Shown here: piece by piece, positions 14,101-30,443 of the stretch
Layout: each line of letters begins with the position of its first letter
Numbering within the stretch: position 1 is the stretch's first letter
Source: the human T2T-CHM13v2.0 reference genome, Homo sapiens
Length of the DNA stretch: 64,000 nucleotides
Reading direction: 5' to 3' (one strand)
Assembly (NCBI RefSeq): GCF_009914755.1
Contig: NC_060933.1
Made by a program: the position numbers and the translations under genes
The notes under the pieces: generated by a model
What the model was told of the DNA's origin: nothing
Database searches by the model: none
What the model saw: the letters and a program-made list of their open reading frames with translations, nothing else

Positions 14101-16579
14101 ATTTTTAAGCCTCTTGTTCTCCTTTGACATTATTCTCTAAAAGTTACACTTTTTCTCAAACTTTTTCCCAAACCCATTCTTCTACCCCCACTCCATGCTT
14201 CAAACATCTTCAGCCCATGAGGAAAAAACAGTGGAAAAGTCTACTTTTCCAGTAGCTCCTTGTACTCTCTGGACCTACTTAATTAATGATCAACACACTT
14301 ACTCCTTTATTTATTCATCTGACAAATATTTTGAGCACTGCTGTTATGCCTGACACTGTTCCTAGAGCATGGATACTTCAATTAACAAAACAAAGATTTC
14401 TGCAAAGATCATTAAGTTTACAAATGAAGATCGTTAAGTTTACATTCTACCTGTTGATTTTTCTGACTCAAGTTTATCAGAACATTTTCAAATCACAGGG
14501 ATGTTTTCACAGGACAGAAGAAAAGGAGTCTTAGTCATTCAAGAATACAAGTTTCAAGTTTGAGTGCACTGATGGAAGAGAAAACATGAACCTTCTGAAA
14601 AGATTTGGATTCCTTCAGAAGGATGTGAGTGATTGACCCTTACTTCCCTGTCCTAGAGAAGAGATGAAAGCAGGAAAGCAACAGGAGGAGAAAGAAGCAA
14701 GAAGATGAAGCAAGAGTCTTGGTTCCAGCATTAGCATAACTTGCTTTGATAAGTCCCATTTCCAGGAGCAAGATATAAGGTGCCTGTATCCTTTCATCAT
14801 GATGTTTGAAAGTTGAGATTTCCCAGTGGTTTCACTGGATGACTTAGTAGAATGCAGGCACTACATTTTTGCTGAACTCAAAGTCCACTGAGGATTCTAA
14901 AGGAAGTTTTGAGTCTCTAACAAGTTGGAAAAGACTTTTGCAACTTTGCTCCATATAAAGGCACAGCCTCCTACATTTTTTTAAGATTAAAAAAAAAAAA
15001 AGAAGTCCTGCCACAGCAGATACACTGCTGAATCTGCAAACGATTTTATAAAGAGCCATGTCTTTCTTGGCTCTGAAGCCACTTAAAAAGCATCAATGCC
15101 ATTGCAAACTGGAGCATTAGATTTTCCCCAAAAGGCATCGATTTGGGGCCAGTAACTGACATCAACTCAAAAGCGAATCTTGGATGACTACAGACCCAGC
15201 TGGCCTGCTGGTAACACAGTGCAGGGGTTGCTTGACATATTTAGGGCACCAGTTAGAATTTGGCGAGAACCAAACCAGTATACTTTCATTTTTTCCAGGT
15301 CAAAATCAAGATTACAAACTGACACTGAAAAGTGATCTTGAAGAAGTGTGCTTCCTTAGTCTGGACAGGAAGAGTCAGAATACAAAGAACTGGTTACATT
15401 CAGTGACACATACCAACATTAATCCCTCTACCAAAGCAAACCAGGGCTGCCAGAGTCAGCACATTATGTTCTAATACCCAAACAACTTGACTGGAAATCA
15501 ACCCCCAGCAAAACAAACGGAAACAGGTTTACCAACATGACACTACCTGAATACATGTATTAGATTTGCTCTTGAGCCCAGGAAGCAGCTGGAACAGGGT
15601 TTCCTTGGGTCCCTTTTTTTTTTCTTCTGCCATCTAACATCTCTAAATGTAAATTCTATCTAACCTGATATTTCTGGGACAGTGGTGTTCTTTAGGTTTC
15701 CAAGTTAGCATAATGTCCTCAGGCAAGGAAGTTTCAATAAATGATAATTGAAATTAATTTTAAAGCCTGGGTTATCCCCAAGAAAATTTTATAATGAAAA
15801 TGTTCAACGGACACCTTCCCTTTGGAGGGCCTTAGGACATAAGAAGGAAAAACACAAGCTAAGATATGAAGGAAGGAAGTAGAAAGCTTCCTCAATGAGG
15901 TACAAACATGGTATACTGCAAGGTGATCTCAGTTACACTGGAGGAGCCAAGTATGACTTGCTCTTTGGGCCAACCTAGGGTGACTAACCCACGCACACCC
16001 TCTGCAACCAGCACCTAATAAATAACAAGAGGCTCCCAGCCTCTGAGCCCTGGTTATGTAGAGGATCCTGAACCCTCTTTCCCTCCTTGCAATCCTTATT
16101 CCTAACTTCCTCCTCTGTTCTTGTGTTTACTTGCTGCCTGACCCATGGGTATCATCCTCTATTCCACCCTCACTCACTTTTGGAGGAGCTTTACTCCTTC
16201 TATTGGTCCTTTTGGTACCTAAGCTCAGACTCTCCCTGCTTTAGAACCTATAGCCTATTTTTCCCAGGCAAGCCACTGACTTATAGGTGGGTGCCTCTCA
16301 GCTCCATGGGGAAACTTAGGCTACACATCCAACGTTCTTCACTCCAGATTATACTATTATAGGTGACCTCCACAGGCACTGACATTAGGATCACTGTGCT
16401 AACGTACCACATTAAAGGAAGTAGAGAGCTACATGGGAGAATACATTCTGACCTTGGATTTAGATAACTTGAGTTCCACCCTTAGCTACCTATCTTTTAC
16501 AGGCTATGTGACCATATTACTTGGTAAATTCAAACTTCACTTCTTAGCACACAAGGTCCTTTACTGTGGCATTCCTGAC

Positions 16580-16881
<302 letters not shown>

Positions 16882-17228
16882 CTGACAATTTTTTTTATTT
16901 CACCACCACCTATCACTGCCTCCATCACTTCATTCAATTCAGCCACACAGCCCCAGTGATAATTGCTCATGCTCTGGTAAACCCTAGTAGCTTTTGTGGA
17001 TGTTTTTTCTTCAGCCTTAACTGCACTTCCCCTCACTTCTCCTTGTCCTACTCGTCCTTTGAAACACATCTCAGATGCCATCAGTAGAAAACCTTCTCCA
17101 TCACTATGCCATCATCATCATCACTATCTCTCGCCTCCTCCTCTGGGTTTCTTTTCTGGAATCATTGATGTACACATCTGCTTTCCCCAATGGACTGTAA
17201 ACTCTTCAGAGTCAGGCACTGTGCTGTA

Positions 17229-17555
<327 letters not shown>

Positions 17556-18201
17556 TGAAATATGCCTGGAACAGAGCAGTACTCAATAAATGTCTGTAGA
17601 ATGAGTAAGTGCTCACCTGCATCCCATGCCTGCTCTTAATCCTCACAAGGTCTGTATTAGTATCTCAGTTGGCAAATGAAGAAACTAAGGCTTATCTTGT
17701 ACTGGCTAATTATGTGATTTCAGTCACACAATTAAAGAATGACAGAGATGATTTGTGAACTCAGGCTGGCTTGACCCTAAACCCTGTTCTCTTTTCACTA
17801 CATCAGCCTTCTTCTACTGCATGGAACCAAGCTCAATATTGAATCTGAAGTATGCGATTAACCTCATGTGGACTTATCCTTCCTATGAAGACTTCTAGAC
17901 CTTAACAGAATAGAGTACGCCATGTATCACTACCTCCAACCAGTAGCTTTACCATTGAGATAGGCCTTCTATTTGTGAAAAGATATAAGCCCACTTTTGT
18001 ACTCTGGTAATATAAAATTTCCATCCCATCAAACCTATAAGAAAGAGAGAGGAAGGGCAAATGAGTGGGGAAGAAAACACAACAGGGAGAAAAGAAAGAA
18101 AGGATTTACTTATTTAAGATCAAGAAAGTTAAGTCAGTCCATGACTAAGAATGTCATGAGCACATAACTCAATGGAAAGCCTCCTTCGCTGCAACTGGTA
18201 G

Positions 18202-18562
<361 letters not shown>

Positions 18563-19529
18563 TCTGTTTTTCTATAACACCTTCCTTTGTGTGGCTTTGG
18601 ACGTCTATTCTTAGAGTTCTATGGTGCCTTCCATAAGCAAAGATTGCTTTAAAATAAAAGCATCTGAGCAGAGTTTTGGACACCTGTCACCAGAATCTTG
18701 GGAAAATTCCATGTAACTAAGAATTAAGTTTGCAGTGTCTTTTAGATGAGTGCTTACCATGATCCACTGCCAAAGTCCAAAATGTGTGTGTGTTTATGTG
18801 TGTTTGGGATTGAAATAGAGAGAGATACTGTTTCATACATCTCATCTCTGTCTCACCACAGTATTATCCAGCAATTAACAAATATTGACAAGTCTAATAA
18901 TAGTTTATCCTTGGCTAATCCTATAATTTGCTCCCATAATACTATAGGCTAATCATGTACAGGCCTGAACTTCTAGCAAGCTTGCCTCAGCACCCAGCTT
19001 CCTGCTGTGGGTGGGACACTGAGTAAATACTGAATTGACATTTCTCTATTTTGAAGATACTGACACAGATGTGAGTGCTTTGCCTGTATTTTATTGATTT
19101 GGTTATTGATGTCAATATCTTGTTCTTGCCGTGGATTTCACAAAAAAAAAATTGGAATAGATTCCTTTTGTCTGCAACCATAAGAAAAATAAAAGTAAAG
19201 AAACTTCTTAACCAAATACAGTGTTACTTTGTTTCAAAGTGGAAATATTCTACTACAACTATCCTCATAAATCATTTTTAAAACAGCCTGGATCTGTAAT
19301 ATTTCTTCACGGTTTATAAAATTTGCAATGGGAATGCCTTTTCTTAAAAAAAAAATACTAGACTCTTCCCCATTTTAGTAAAGTTTTTGCTTCTTAAAAT
19401 TTTCCATAGCAGGAGAAAGGACAAGAAAAATGCCTCCTTATTTTCTACCCATGAAGCTCCATGTTACAGCCAATGAGGGCTCTTTAATTTTCAACAGCCA
19501 TCTGCATAAATCCTATAAAGGTAATATAT

Positions 19530-20100
19530 TATTAGGATTATTTTGGCTACAAGTAACAAAACAATAAACTTATCTAAACCATAAAGAATTTACCATTTCA
19601 CTTAACAAAAAATTTTAGAAGACAAGCTGCTTCGGTTTTGTTATCTCAGAACTTCTACATGTCACCATGTCACCATGGACTCAGATCCTTTCCATATTTC
19701 TGGCCCATCACTCTGGTCTTAGCTTTCCTCAAACTGACTCTCTAATGATTGCAAGATGGCTGAATAGCTTCAGGAGTGAAGTAGACGTGCTTTCTTTCAA
19801 GCAATGGGAAGGCTGCTTTCTTCAAGGGGTCCTATCTTATCAGTGAGGAAACTTTTCTAGAGCCCCAGTAGCACTTTTTCCCTAATTGGCCAGAGTTCCT
19901 CATTGGCCAGAATTAAATCATGTGACCATGCTCACAACAATCATAAGCAAGAGAAATCAAGCCACTGTAATTGGTTAGTGCCACCTTTTAGCACTAGGTC
20001 TGAAGACCATGTCCTCTGAAACTTATGGCAAGGTGGAGGAGGGTAGACATAATTTAGACAGTAACAGAGTTCTGATACAAAGGAGGAAAGAGGAATGACT
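19530..20100. mobile_element. Ancient MLT1-type LTR
   Basis: ttaggattattttggctacaagtaaca, gcaagatggctg, cattggccagaatt. Confidence 0.5.
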
Positions 20101-20212
20101 TTTGAATCAGACAAGAGTCTACAGCAAATGCAAAAAGGAAAGTTTCTGCAATCTGGTCATTTTTTCATCTATTTAACCAATGTTTCCTGTGCTTTCTATG
20201 TGCCATACACTA

Positions 20213-20507
20213 TTTGTTTTTGAGATGGGGTCTCACGCTGTTGCTCAGGCTGGAGTGCAGTGGTGAGATCATGGCTCACTGCAGCCCCAAACTCCTGGGC
20301 TCAAGCTATCCAGCCAACTCAGCCTCCTGGGTAGCTGGGACTATAGGTGCATGCCATAATGCCTGGCTTTTTTTAAAAAACGTTTTTTTAGAGATGGGAG
20401 TCTCACTATATTGCCCAGGCTGGTCTTGAGCTCCTAGGCTAATGTGATCCTCCCATCTCAACCTCCCATAGTGCTGGGATTATAGGCATGAGCTACCATG
20501 CCCAACC
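20213..20507 (-). mobile_element. AluJ
   Basis: Reverse Alu; TSD tgccatacactatt / tgccatactctatt. Confidence 0.92.
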
Positions 20508-21487
20508 TGCCATACTCTATTCTAAGTAGCAGGTGACACCATAACAAGAAAAAGTAGATACTGCCTCTGCTGTCATGGACTTCAGTCTACTGAGCATTTC
20601 TTGACTGTCCACATTGTGCATAGTCCCAAAGCTGCAAGGGGGCTTAGAGAGCAAATATCCTAACCCTCTCATTTTTGAGGTAAAGAAACAAGCCTGGAGT
20701 GACTAAGTCATTTGCTGGACCTGGATACACCTGATTTTGGATTATCTTCAGTTTGTGCTTTTTGGGGCACCTGTTATCCTGGGTACAAAAGCTTTTTATA
20801 CATGCAAACAGAAATTGTCACATGCCAACTCAAAATATGACTTATTGTAAAACATTTAATGCTTCAAGAGAACTATCTGCTCTATGAAATGATTCATAAG
20901 ATTCATTTAGACAGTACCTCTATGCCATTAAAATATATTTTCATTTATAAAAATAGTTCATCATCTTTTTGGACGTAATCTTGGTGAATCACAAAAATTC
21001 AAACTGTATACTTGTATCCTACCTCAAACCCCATCACTCTGTCCTCTCCAGATCTGTGCAGTGCAATCAACCCCTGTGGGTAGTAAGAGAAACTCTGTAC
21101 CCCTGATGGGTCATTTGGAGCCTTCAGAGTCCTACAAGGGATGGGTCCATTGTCTACTCTTTTCCTCTCCATTCTGCACACTGGTAGTAAAGACATGCCT
21201 GTACCTACAAATTTTGTCCACATCCTCTAGGATCCCTATTAATAGGTGATTGCTTAAAAGATTCAAAATCACCCAGAGTTCTGCTGTGATCTGGACATTA
21301 AAACTGTAACAGAAGTAGCCAAGTCTCTGGTTAGAAACTTTACTTATATTTGTGCTGAATTGTTAGTTCTGATTACACTTTTTTGAATTTATTCTACAAA
21401 CAGAATCACAGAGGTGCACAAATGCAAATGTACAAGGATATATGTTGCAGCATTACTTACAGAAGGTAGACATCAGAAACAATCTTA

Positions 21488-21993
<506 letters not shown>

Positions 21994-22227
21994 TTAATTC
22001 TCCTCAATGTATCATGACACATGCCTGAACATCACAAGACCAATAAAACAAAAGAAGTAATTCTATGAACCCACGTGGAATGATCACCAAGAAACCTTAA
22101 TAGAAAAAGCTCAGTGCAGGACAATACATATGACATGGAGCCTGTTTGCAGACAAATTAACAAAGAAACAGAAGAAAAATATAGTATATCTACATGTGCT
22201 TGAATATGCAGGGAATGCCTGTAGAAC

Positions 22228-22650
22228 AGCAGTCAGCAAACTGGCCCAAAGGCCAACACCAGCCCACTACCTGTTTTTTTATTTTTAAAATATTTTTAAT
22301 GGTTGAAAAAAATAAATAGAAGAATAAATTCAAAAGATGAATATAATGGCATGAAATATATGAAATTCAAATGTCAATGTCCATGAAACTTTCCTGGAAC
22401 ACAGACACACTCTTTTTTTTTTTTTTTTAGTGGCAAGTGCCACTCTGCCCTGCTAATTTTTATATTCTTAGTAGAGACAGGGTTTCACCATGTTGGTACA
22501 GGCGCCAGCCACCATGTCCGGCCGACACACTCTTCATACTATCCACAAAATAATGGTAGAATTGAATAGTTGTGATGAAAACTTCATGACCCACTAAGGG
22601 TAAAACATTTATTACCTGGGGCTTTACAGAAAAAGTTTGTCCACCCCCGG
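22228..22650 (+). mobile_element. MER58B-like hAT-Charlie DNA transposon, interrupted by a short Alu
   Basis: cagcagtcagcaaactggccc...ctttacagaaaaagtttgtccacccccg termini. Confidence 0.75.
22415..22523 (-). mobile_element. Internally deleted ~110-bp Alu with TSD
   Basis: Poly-T, Alu linker region and Alu 5' end; gacacactctt at 22404-22414 and 22524-22534. Confidence 0.85.
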
Positions 22651-22752
22651 TCGAAAGGAATTTATAGCAACTAACAGCTATAGTTTCCTCTGGGGAAGGG
22701 CACTGGCATTTAAAAACAAGAGCAGGAAGAAGACTTAGGTTTTACTTTCTAC

Positions 22753-22757
<5 letters not shown>

Positions 22758-22788
<31 letters not shown>

Positions 22789-22845
22789 ATACATATATGT
22801 GCGTATATATACATATATACGCACATATATATACACACATATACA

Positions 22846-22861
<16 letters not shown>
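22758..22861. repeat. Compound (TG)n/(TA)n/(CA)n microsatellite
   Basis: Directly visible, at the tail of the adjacent Alu. Confidence 0.95.
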
Positions 22862-22877
<16 letters not shown>

Positions 22878-23153
22878 GAGACAGAGTCTCCCTTTGTCTC
22901 CCAGGAGTGCAGTGGCGCGATCTTGGCTCACTGCAACCTCTGCTTCCTGGGTTCAAGCGATTCTCCCTTCAGCCTTCCAAGTAGCTGGGATTACAGGTGC
23001 ACACTGCCAGGCATGGCTAATTTTTGTATTTTTAGTGGAGATGGGTTTTCACCATGTTGTTCACGCTGGTCTCTAACTGCTGACCCCAAGTGATCTGCCC
23101 ACCTCGGCCTCCCAAAGTGCTAGGATTACAGGTGTGAGCCACCACACCCGGCC
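22862..23153 (-). mobile_element. Alu (AluSx-like)
   Basis: Reverse Alu consensus. Confidence 0.94.
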
Positions 23154-25489
23154 TGCATCTTGAAATTAATATGAACATACTTAAAAAGAAAATATAATGA
23201 GAAAAATAAAAGAAATACGATTCATACCAAGTATCTGAAAAAACCTTAATGAGAAAAGTGTGTGACTTTATACATAAAAAATAATGAAACTTATAATAAA
23301 GAAGGCTTGAATTAATATAGAGCCATATCTTCCATGAGTAAATATTTGAAAGATGCTAATTTACCTCCTTCCCCCACCCCAAGAAAAATTCACAGAATGA
23401 TTTCTTCTAAAGTTATAGGAAAGAATAACTGAGCTGAAATATTTAAAATAATTCTAGAAAGCATGGCAGCAGGAGAATCTAGAAAGATAGTGCATTGGTG
23501 TCTCCTGCCTTTCCTAGACACACAGCTCCTCCTCAGCTTTCTCTCACTCCCCTCAGCCTAGCATCCACTCAGGCAGTGAATTGGCAAAACTGCACACACA
23601 CGTTACACACATTGCACACCAGTGTGGTGTGTCCACCCTCTGGGCCAAGTGGGAGCCTGGGAGGCAGAGGCAGCAGAAGGTAGTTCCAAAGCAAGGATCT
23701 GAAGCAGCCAGCTCCTGGGAATAGCTTGATCTCCTGAGATCGCTGAACCTCTGTAGGGAAAGTTGACAAAGTTGACATTGGCCAGTCTCGCCAGGCCCAG
23801 AGAAGCTCATGAGGAGCTGTGAGGGTGGACGGAGAGCTCCCCCTGAGGCTGGGAAAGCCACGGAGAACCTCCCTCCTCCTCCACCCTTCCTCATGCCATG
23901 ATAGGGAGTTGATGACTTCTCACTGCAGCCCAGCCAGTTCTCAGGGTCAGATCACCACACCTTCTGTTTCTCAGACAATCTCACCCCACCCTCAATCCCA
24001 GTTAAGGTATCCTAGCCACTGAACTCCAATGATCAGCAAAGAAAAATAACCAGATGCTAAGGGGGCTCAACAATCAGAGACAGGAAAAATAAACAAGGAT
24101 TAGCTGGTCCCTCATGAAATAAAACTGACTGGAACAGGCAGAGGGCAATGTACTAAAAAAAAAAAAAAAAAATGAAAAAGTAAATGATAAAAAGAGTATT
24201 TAAAGGGATTCAAATTCAGCACATAACAAAAGACTTCTTAGAAAACATGCATTCATTTTTTTTTAAGTCACTAGATGAATTTAAGGAAACGATTATCACT
24301 GATGATATTCAAATTCAATGGCCTGGAAGATCAAAAGGATAAAATAAGTATATCCTCAAGGAAAAAAATACAAAGGTCTAGTAATCTTGAGGAAAAACAT
24401 AAGCAGACCCAGGAAACCAGCACGAGAAGAAAAAGAAAAGAAAAAAGTGAAGAGATGGAGAAGAAGCAGAAGTTAAAAAAAACCTTCCCTTAAAAAAAAA
24501 AACTGAGTTTTTAAATTGAAAATGCCTAATAAACTTCAGGCACTATTATTGAAAGAAGGGAGACATTTATCCATATTTTGGCAAAACTCCCAAACTTCAA
24601 GCATGAAGAGAAAACCTTGAAAAGTTCTGGGTTGAAAAGACCCAGAAATTATCTTTTTTAAAGAAAAAGATAATTCTATAAACTTGGAAAATCTTCATTC
24701 TAATGCTAGTAAAACAGAAATAAAAGAAAATAATTACATATTTCTATCAGAAATATAAGTAAGAAAATGGTAAATTTATGTGAAATTTTATGCAGCCAAT
24801 ATAAACAGTCATTAAAATGATTCCATAGTTACATGGAAAAGCACAGATGTAAGGAAAAACAACACATTATAAAGTAAAATAGCAAATTATAGAATGTTAT
24901 GCAGTATAATTAAAACTATTTTTAAATGTTCATGAAAAAGATAGAATAAACAAAGATTACAGTAGTTGGGTTAGAGTCGTTAGAGGAATAAGCAAGATAA
25001 CTATAGTTGGGTTAGTGTTGCTAATGGAATTACAGGTTTTATTCCCTGTTTCATACTTTCTATAATGTAATATTTTAGTAATAATTTTTTGAGTTAATAG
25101 TTTATATAAAGTTCGGCTTTTGTAAACAAAAAAGGAGTTACATTTTTAATAAGTAACACGAAGAAGTCACAGCTATAATCTGTAAACGCTAAAGGGAAGT
25201 TCATACATAGCACATGCCCTGCAGCTAAGCCAGATGATCCAAGGCTCCAGGATCTATATGCCAAGAGCAAAATCAAAGTTTAAGCTTGATATTGCTTGGG
25301 GGAGGGGTTTGCCCTAAGACTTAGATGATTAAATTATTTATTAGAAGAAATAAGAGAGGTCTCAATTTCCTTATTTGCCTGTATGTTTACACCGATTCAA
25401 ACCAAAGTTTTAGGGTAAAATCTTGTCTCTCTGAAGGCATTTCCTTCGTTTCATCCATACTTACTCATTAGGCTCCTCAGTCTATAGAG

Positions 25490-26381
<892 letters not shown>

Positions 26382-27426
26382 TAACACAAGCAATCAAAAC
26401 TTACTTGGCAAGCCAGAATTCTATTTGTAGGCTTTTGCCATTGCTAAATTCATTGCTCATTGTTATCCAGTACTGATCGATGCTCATTTAAAAGAAGCAA
26501 TATGATGAACTGCCTGCAGCATACGTAATCCCTTTCTTCCTCTAAGACCTTGAAAATCTAAGGCCTTGGATTAACTGAGGACTTACTGTAGCCTAACTGA
26601 ATTAAACTTTGGTATAATGCTGTGACAGCATTCAAAAAACCTCATCACTTGGCCACTGTGAAGATGCTGAAAATGCCATTCTTACATAAAGCAGTTTTAG
26701 AACTCTCAGGAGAAATATACTTCTTTCGATAATATCAGGAACAGTTTTACTTCTGAGCAATCAGTTTGTTTCCATTTTATATACAGTGTGAATTGTGTAA
26801 CTGTAAAGTTTCCATTTTTAAGTTGGTTTCTTGAAAAGTGAGCCAAATCTGTAGCAAGATGAGCGTGCTCTCCGATGTTTGCTTCATTCCTGGCTCCCTT
26901 TAATTTATCTCTGACCTTGTTTTCCTTTTTCACCATTGCCAAATGTATGTTATCTTGCTTCATTTTATGTACCTGTGTAAGCCTAAATATACCTTTTAAA
27001 AAAAATTGGAAAGGCTGTGAAGAAAGACAATTCAAGCCTGAAATGGTGTGATACCAATTACAAAGCAGGGTACCTGTCTAGCAGAAGGTGAGAACAGTGG
27101 AGGAGCAATTGAAATCTGGGCTTTGGGGCCTGGGTGGAGAAGGGACCACATCAGGACACTGGAGGAGTGGAACTTAGCAATGTATACGGGAGGTGCAGTG
27201 AGCAAGACAGGAAGGAACCTTGTCTGATGGTCCTGTAAAGTTCATGCCAGAGAGATAAGCCTTGGAATGCAGAAGAGGAGAGGAAGATTGGAGAGAACCT
27301 AGAAAACAAGGAGCAGGAGTCTAGGCTTGATGTAGATCACATCTGTCCTTTCTGTGTGTCTAACAAACACAATTGCCTATGTCCCCACATTCAGGAGTCA
27401 GCAATGCAGGCGGCAGAAAGGATACC

Positions 27427-27814
27427 GTATTAGTATAATACGGGGCTGTTATAACCAAGTACCAAAGACTGAGTGGCTTACACAGCAGAAATGTATTTCT
27501 TCACAGTTCTGCAGGCTAGAAATCCAGAATCAAGGTATCAGCAGAGTTTATTTCTTTTCAGGTCTCTCTCCTTTGTTTGTAGATTGCCACCTTCTCCCTA
27601 TGTTTTCATATGTTCTTCCTTCTCTGTGTGTCTGTATCCTAATCTCTTCTTATAAGGATACCAGTCATAGATTGGATTTGGGTTCACCCAAATGACCTCA
27701 TTTACCTTAATGACTTCTTTAAAGACTATCTCTCCAAATATAGCCACATTCTGAGGGATTAGGGATTACGACTTCAGCACATGAATTTTGAAGGTACACA
27801 GTTCATCCCATGAC
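27427..27814 (-). mobile_element. MLT1B/C-like MaLR LTR
   Basis: Reverse strand begins tgtcatgggatgaactgtgtacc...aaaattcatgtgctgaagtc; contains tcttcttataaggataccagtcat. Confidence 0.8.
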
Positions 27815-29418
27815 AGGGACCTGTAGTAGTTTCTGGAGAGGGCACAAAGCAGATGGCAGCTAATATCCAACGAGAGTCCACATGGAAAATGCAATTTGTT
27901 TCTGTGAGATGCAGCACCTCCTGATGGAAGGAAGTTGGGAGAAATGAGCATTTTGAAGACGCACTTTCCACTTACCTTGGCACCTGAAAATCAACTAGGG
28001 CTCATCTTTTCCAAATACCTCTAATCAACGGCAGCAAGGGAGAAGGGTGAACTTTGGGCATAATGAAGATGACAAAAGAATTTTACTGACAATGACTATG
28101 ATGAAAACTGTGAACAATTTATGATTTTATCCTCAGTACAATGAGTGATAAAGGACAGGCACACAGTGACTCACAATAGCTATGTAATTCCATCATCACT
28201 AAGGCAGAGGTAAGAACACACACAGTGGGACTGGGAATAGTCTTCTGACCTTACCTTCACTCTCTTCCATAGGAGCCACATTTTCTGGCTGACATGTCCA
28301 AATCTCTCCTCTCTGTTCTAGTTACTTAACAGAAGAAGTTCATAGACTTTGCTAACATACCATCTCAATATCTTTAACTGGGAATGCATCAGTTGAATTC
28401 TGTAAAAGCAGGCTTTGCTTACTCTCAATATTCCCTGTTTAAAAAAAAAAGTTGCTGGCTGCTTCTGACATGTTCCCAGTTAAACTCATGCTATCCTGTA
28501 TGCCGCTGAGCCTCTCTTCCTCTCTAACCTGTTTCAGATTGGTTTCAGCAGCTGTATGTGCTTCATAGAAACAGAATTCTCTCCAAGGAAAAAAAACATC
28601 ATTTCCAGTAAAATCACCAAACTCCAGCCTGCTATGTGAATGGAAGGAAATGTTACATTCTTTATAACAGGATGAATTACTTCCTGTTGTAAGTCCAGTG
28701 AAAAACGAATCATTGGTTAGGAAGAAACATAGGGCCCATGACATTTTCAGTGCTACCTATTATCTTCTTTCCAATAATAACTCCTGATGTTATAGTCACT
28801 TCAACATTGAGTTTGCTATATTATCAAGTAAATTCCCCTCTTGCCTTTACTGCAATCCTTTCAAGTTGACTTTTGCTTTTCTGTGCTACCCCATCCATGC
28901 AATGTTTCATGATTGGCTGCTATCCCTGAAGGTTATACTCATTCCAAGTTCAGTTGACTGAGGTTGCCCCAATTATTATTCTAAATGGATCTCTTTTTTT
29001 CATAAGATAAAAACATTATTTGAATAAAAGTGGATGTCAGATCCAATTTGAGAAGGCTTAAGCTTGAGAAGGAGAAAATAATTGGAAACTATTGAGTAAA
29101 AGGTTGAAAGTAAGAAAATTCTGGTTGTTGCATTCAAGGCAGATGAGTTTAGGAAAGGACTGAGGAGAGGAGGATGGGTTGGGAGGCATTCAGGGCAACC
29201 CAATCCTGAGGTGACACTTCAAGGGCTTGAATTCCCCAAAGCTATGAGAAATGAAGGACCCTAGAAACAAGGAATCTTAGAGAGTGGCCACAGTAAAAGG
29301 AGAAAAGAAAATAGGTCAGCCAAAAGGACAAGACAAGGGCCACTGGGAAAGACGGCATCACCAAAGTTTTGAGGCAGAAAACTTTTAAGACCTTATAGTC
29401 CAAACTGCTTTAATGTGA

Positions 29419-29723
<305 letters not shown>

Positions 29724-30399
29724 CCAAACTGCTTTTATTTTAAATGCGAATTCATGCTTCAGAGTTGAATTAAATGTTACAAAATCTATGGTCCCAAACT
29801 CCACACCCCTCTGCTAGGAGGGACACCGGAATACACCAGCAAGGTCATGGAGGATAAGATAGTCTCCACAGAAACTATTTGCCTCCAAATATCTTTCTTT
29901 GAACAACCCTGTAACCCGATTAGCTCTCTAGCCTATCCCCATTTTGATACTGATGGGGTGAACAGCTGTGATTTATGTTGTCACTGAAACTGTTCAGCAT
30001 CACCACCTGTCTCCCTCCACTGAGTTGGTGGCACTGATGTAGTGACACTGCCCTCCTTGGTGGGAACAAACAACTGCCAAAAGTCTGAAGAAATAAGTCC
30101 ATAACTTTGCCCATCCAGAGGAGAATAGGTAAAGCCAGGACACATCCTCAAGTATTTTCCCCCGATATTCTCCCCTCATCCCTTACTAACAAATAAATAT
30201 CTGGCTTCTGGGTTGACTTTATTTTTTAGAGCCCACTATGTAAGGTCAGATTGGGCAGTGAGTGTTGAAAGATGAAAGCAGGCTGGTGAGCAGGCCGACT
30301 GAGGAAGCCCACACGGCCTGCCTTAAATTCTAGTCCCACCACTTTCCAGCTGCGCCTCGGGCCATTATTTAACTTCTCTGAGATTGAGTTTCCTCATCT

Positions 30400-30401
<2 letters not shown>

Positions 30402-30441
<40 letters not shown>
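30402..30441. repeat. (CA)n microsatellite inside a MIR-like fragment
   Basis: About 19 CA units after agtttcctcatctgt. Confidence 0.9.
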
Positions 30442-30443
<2 letters not shown>

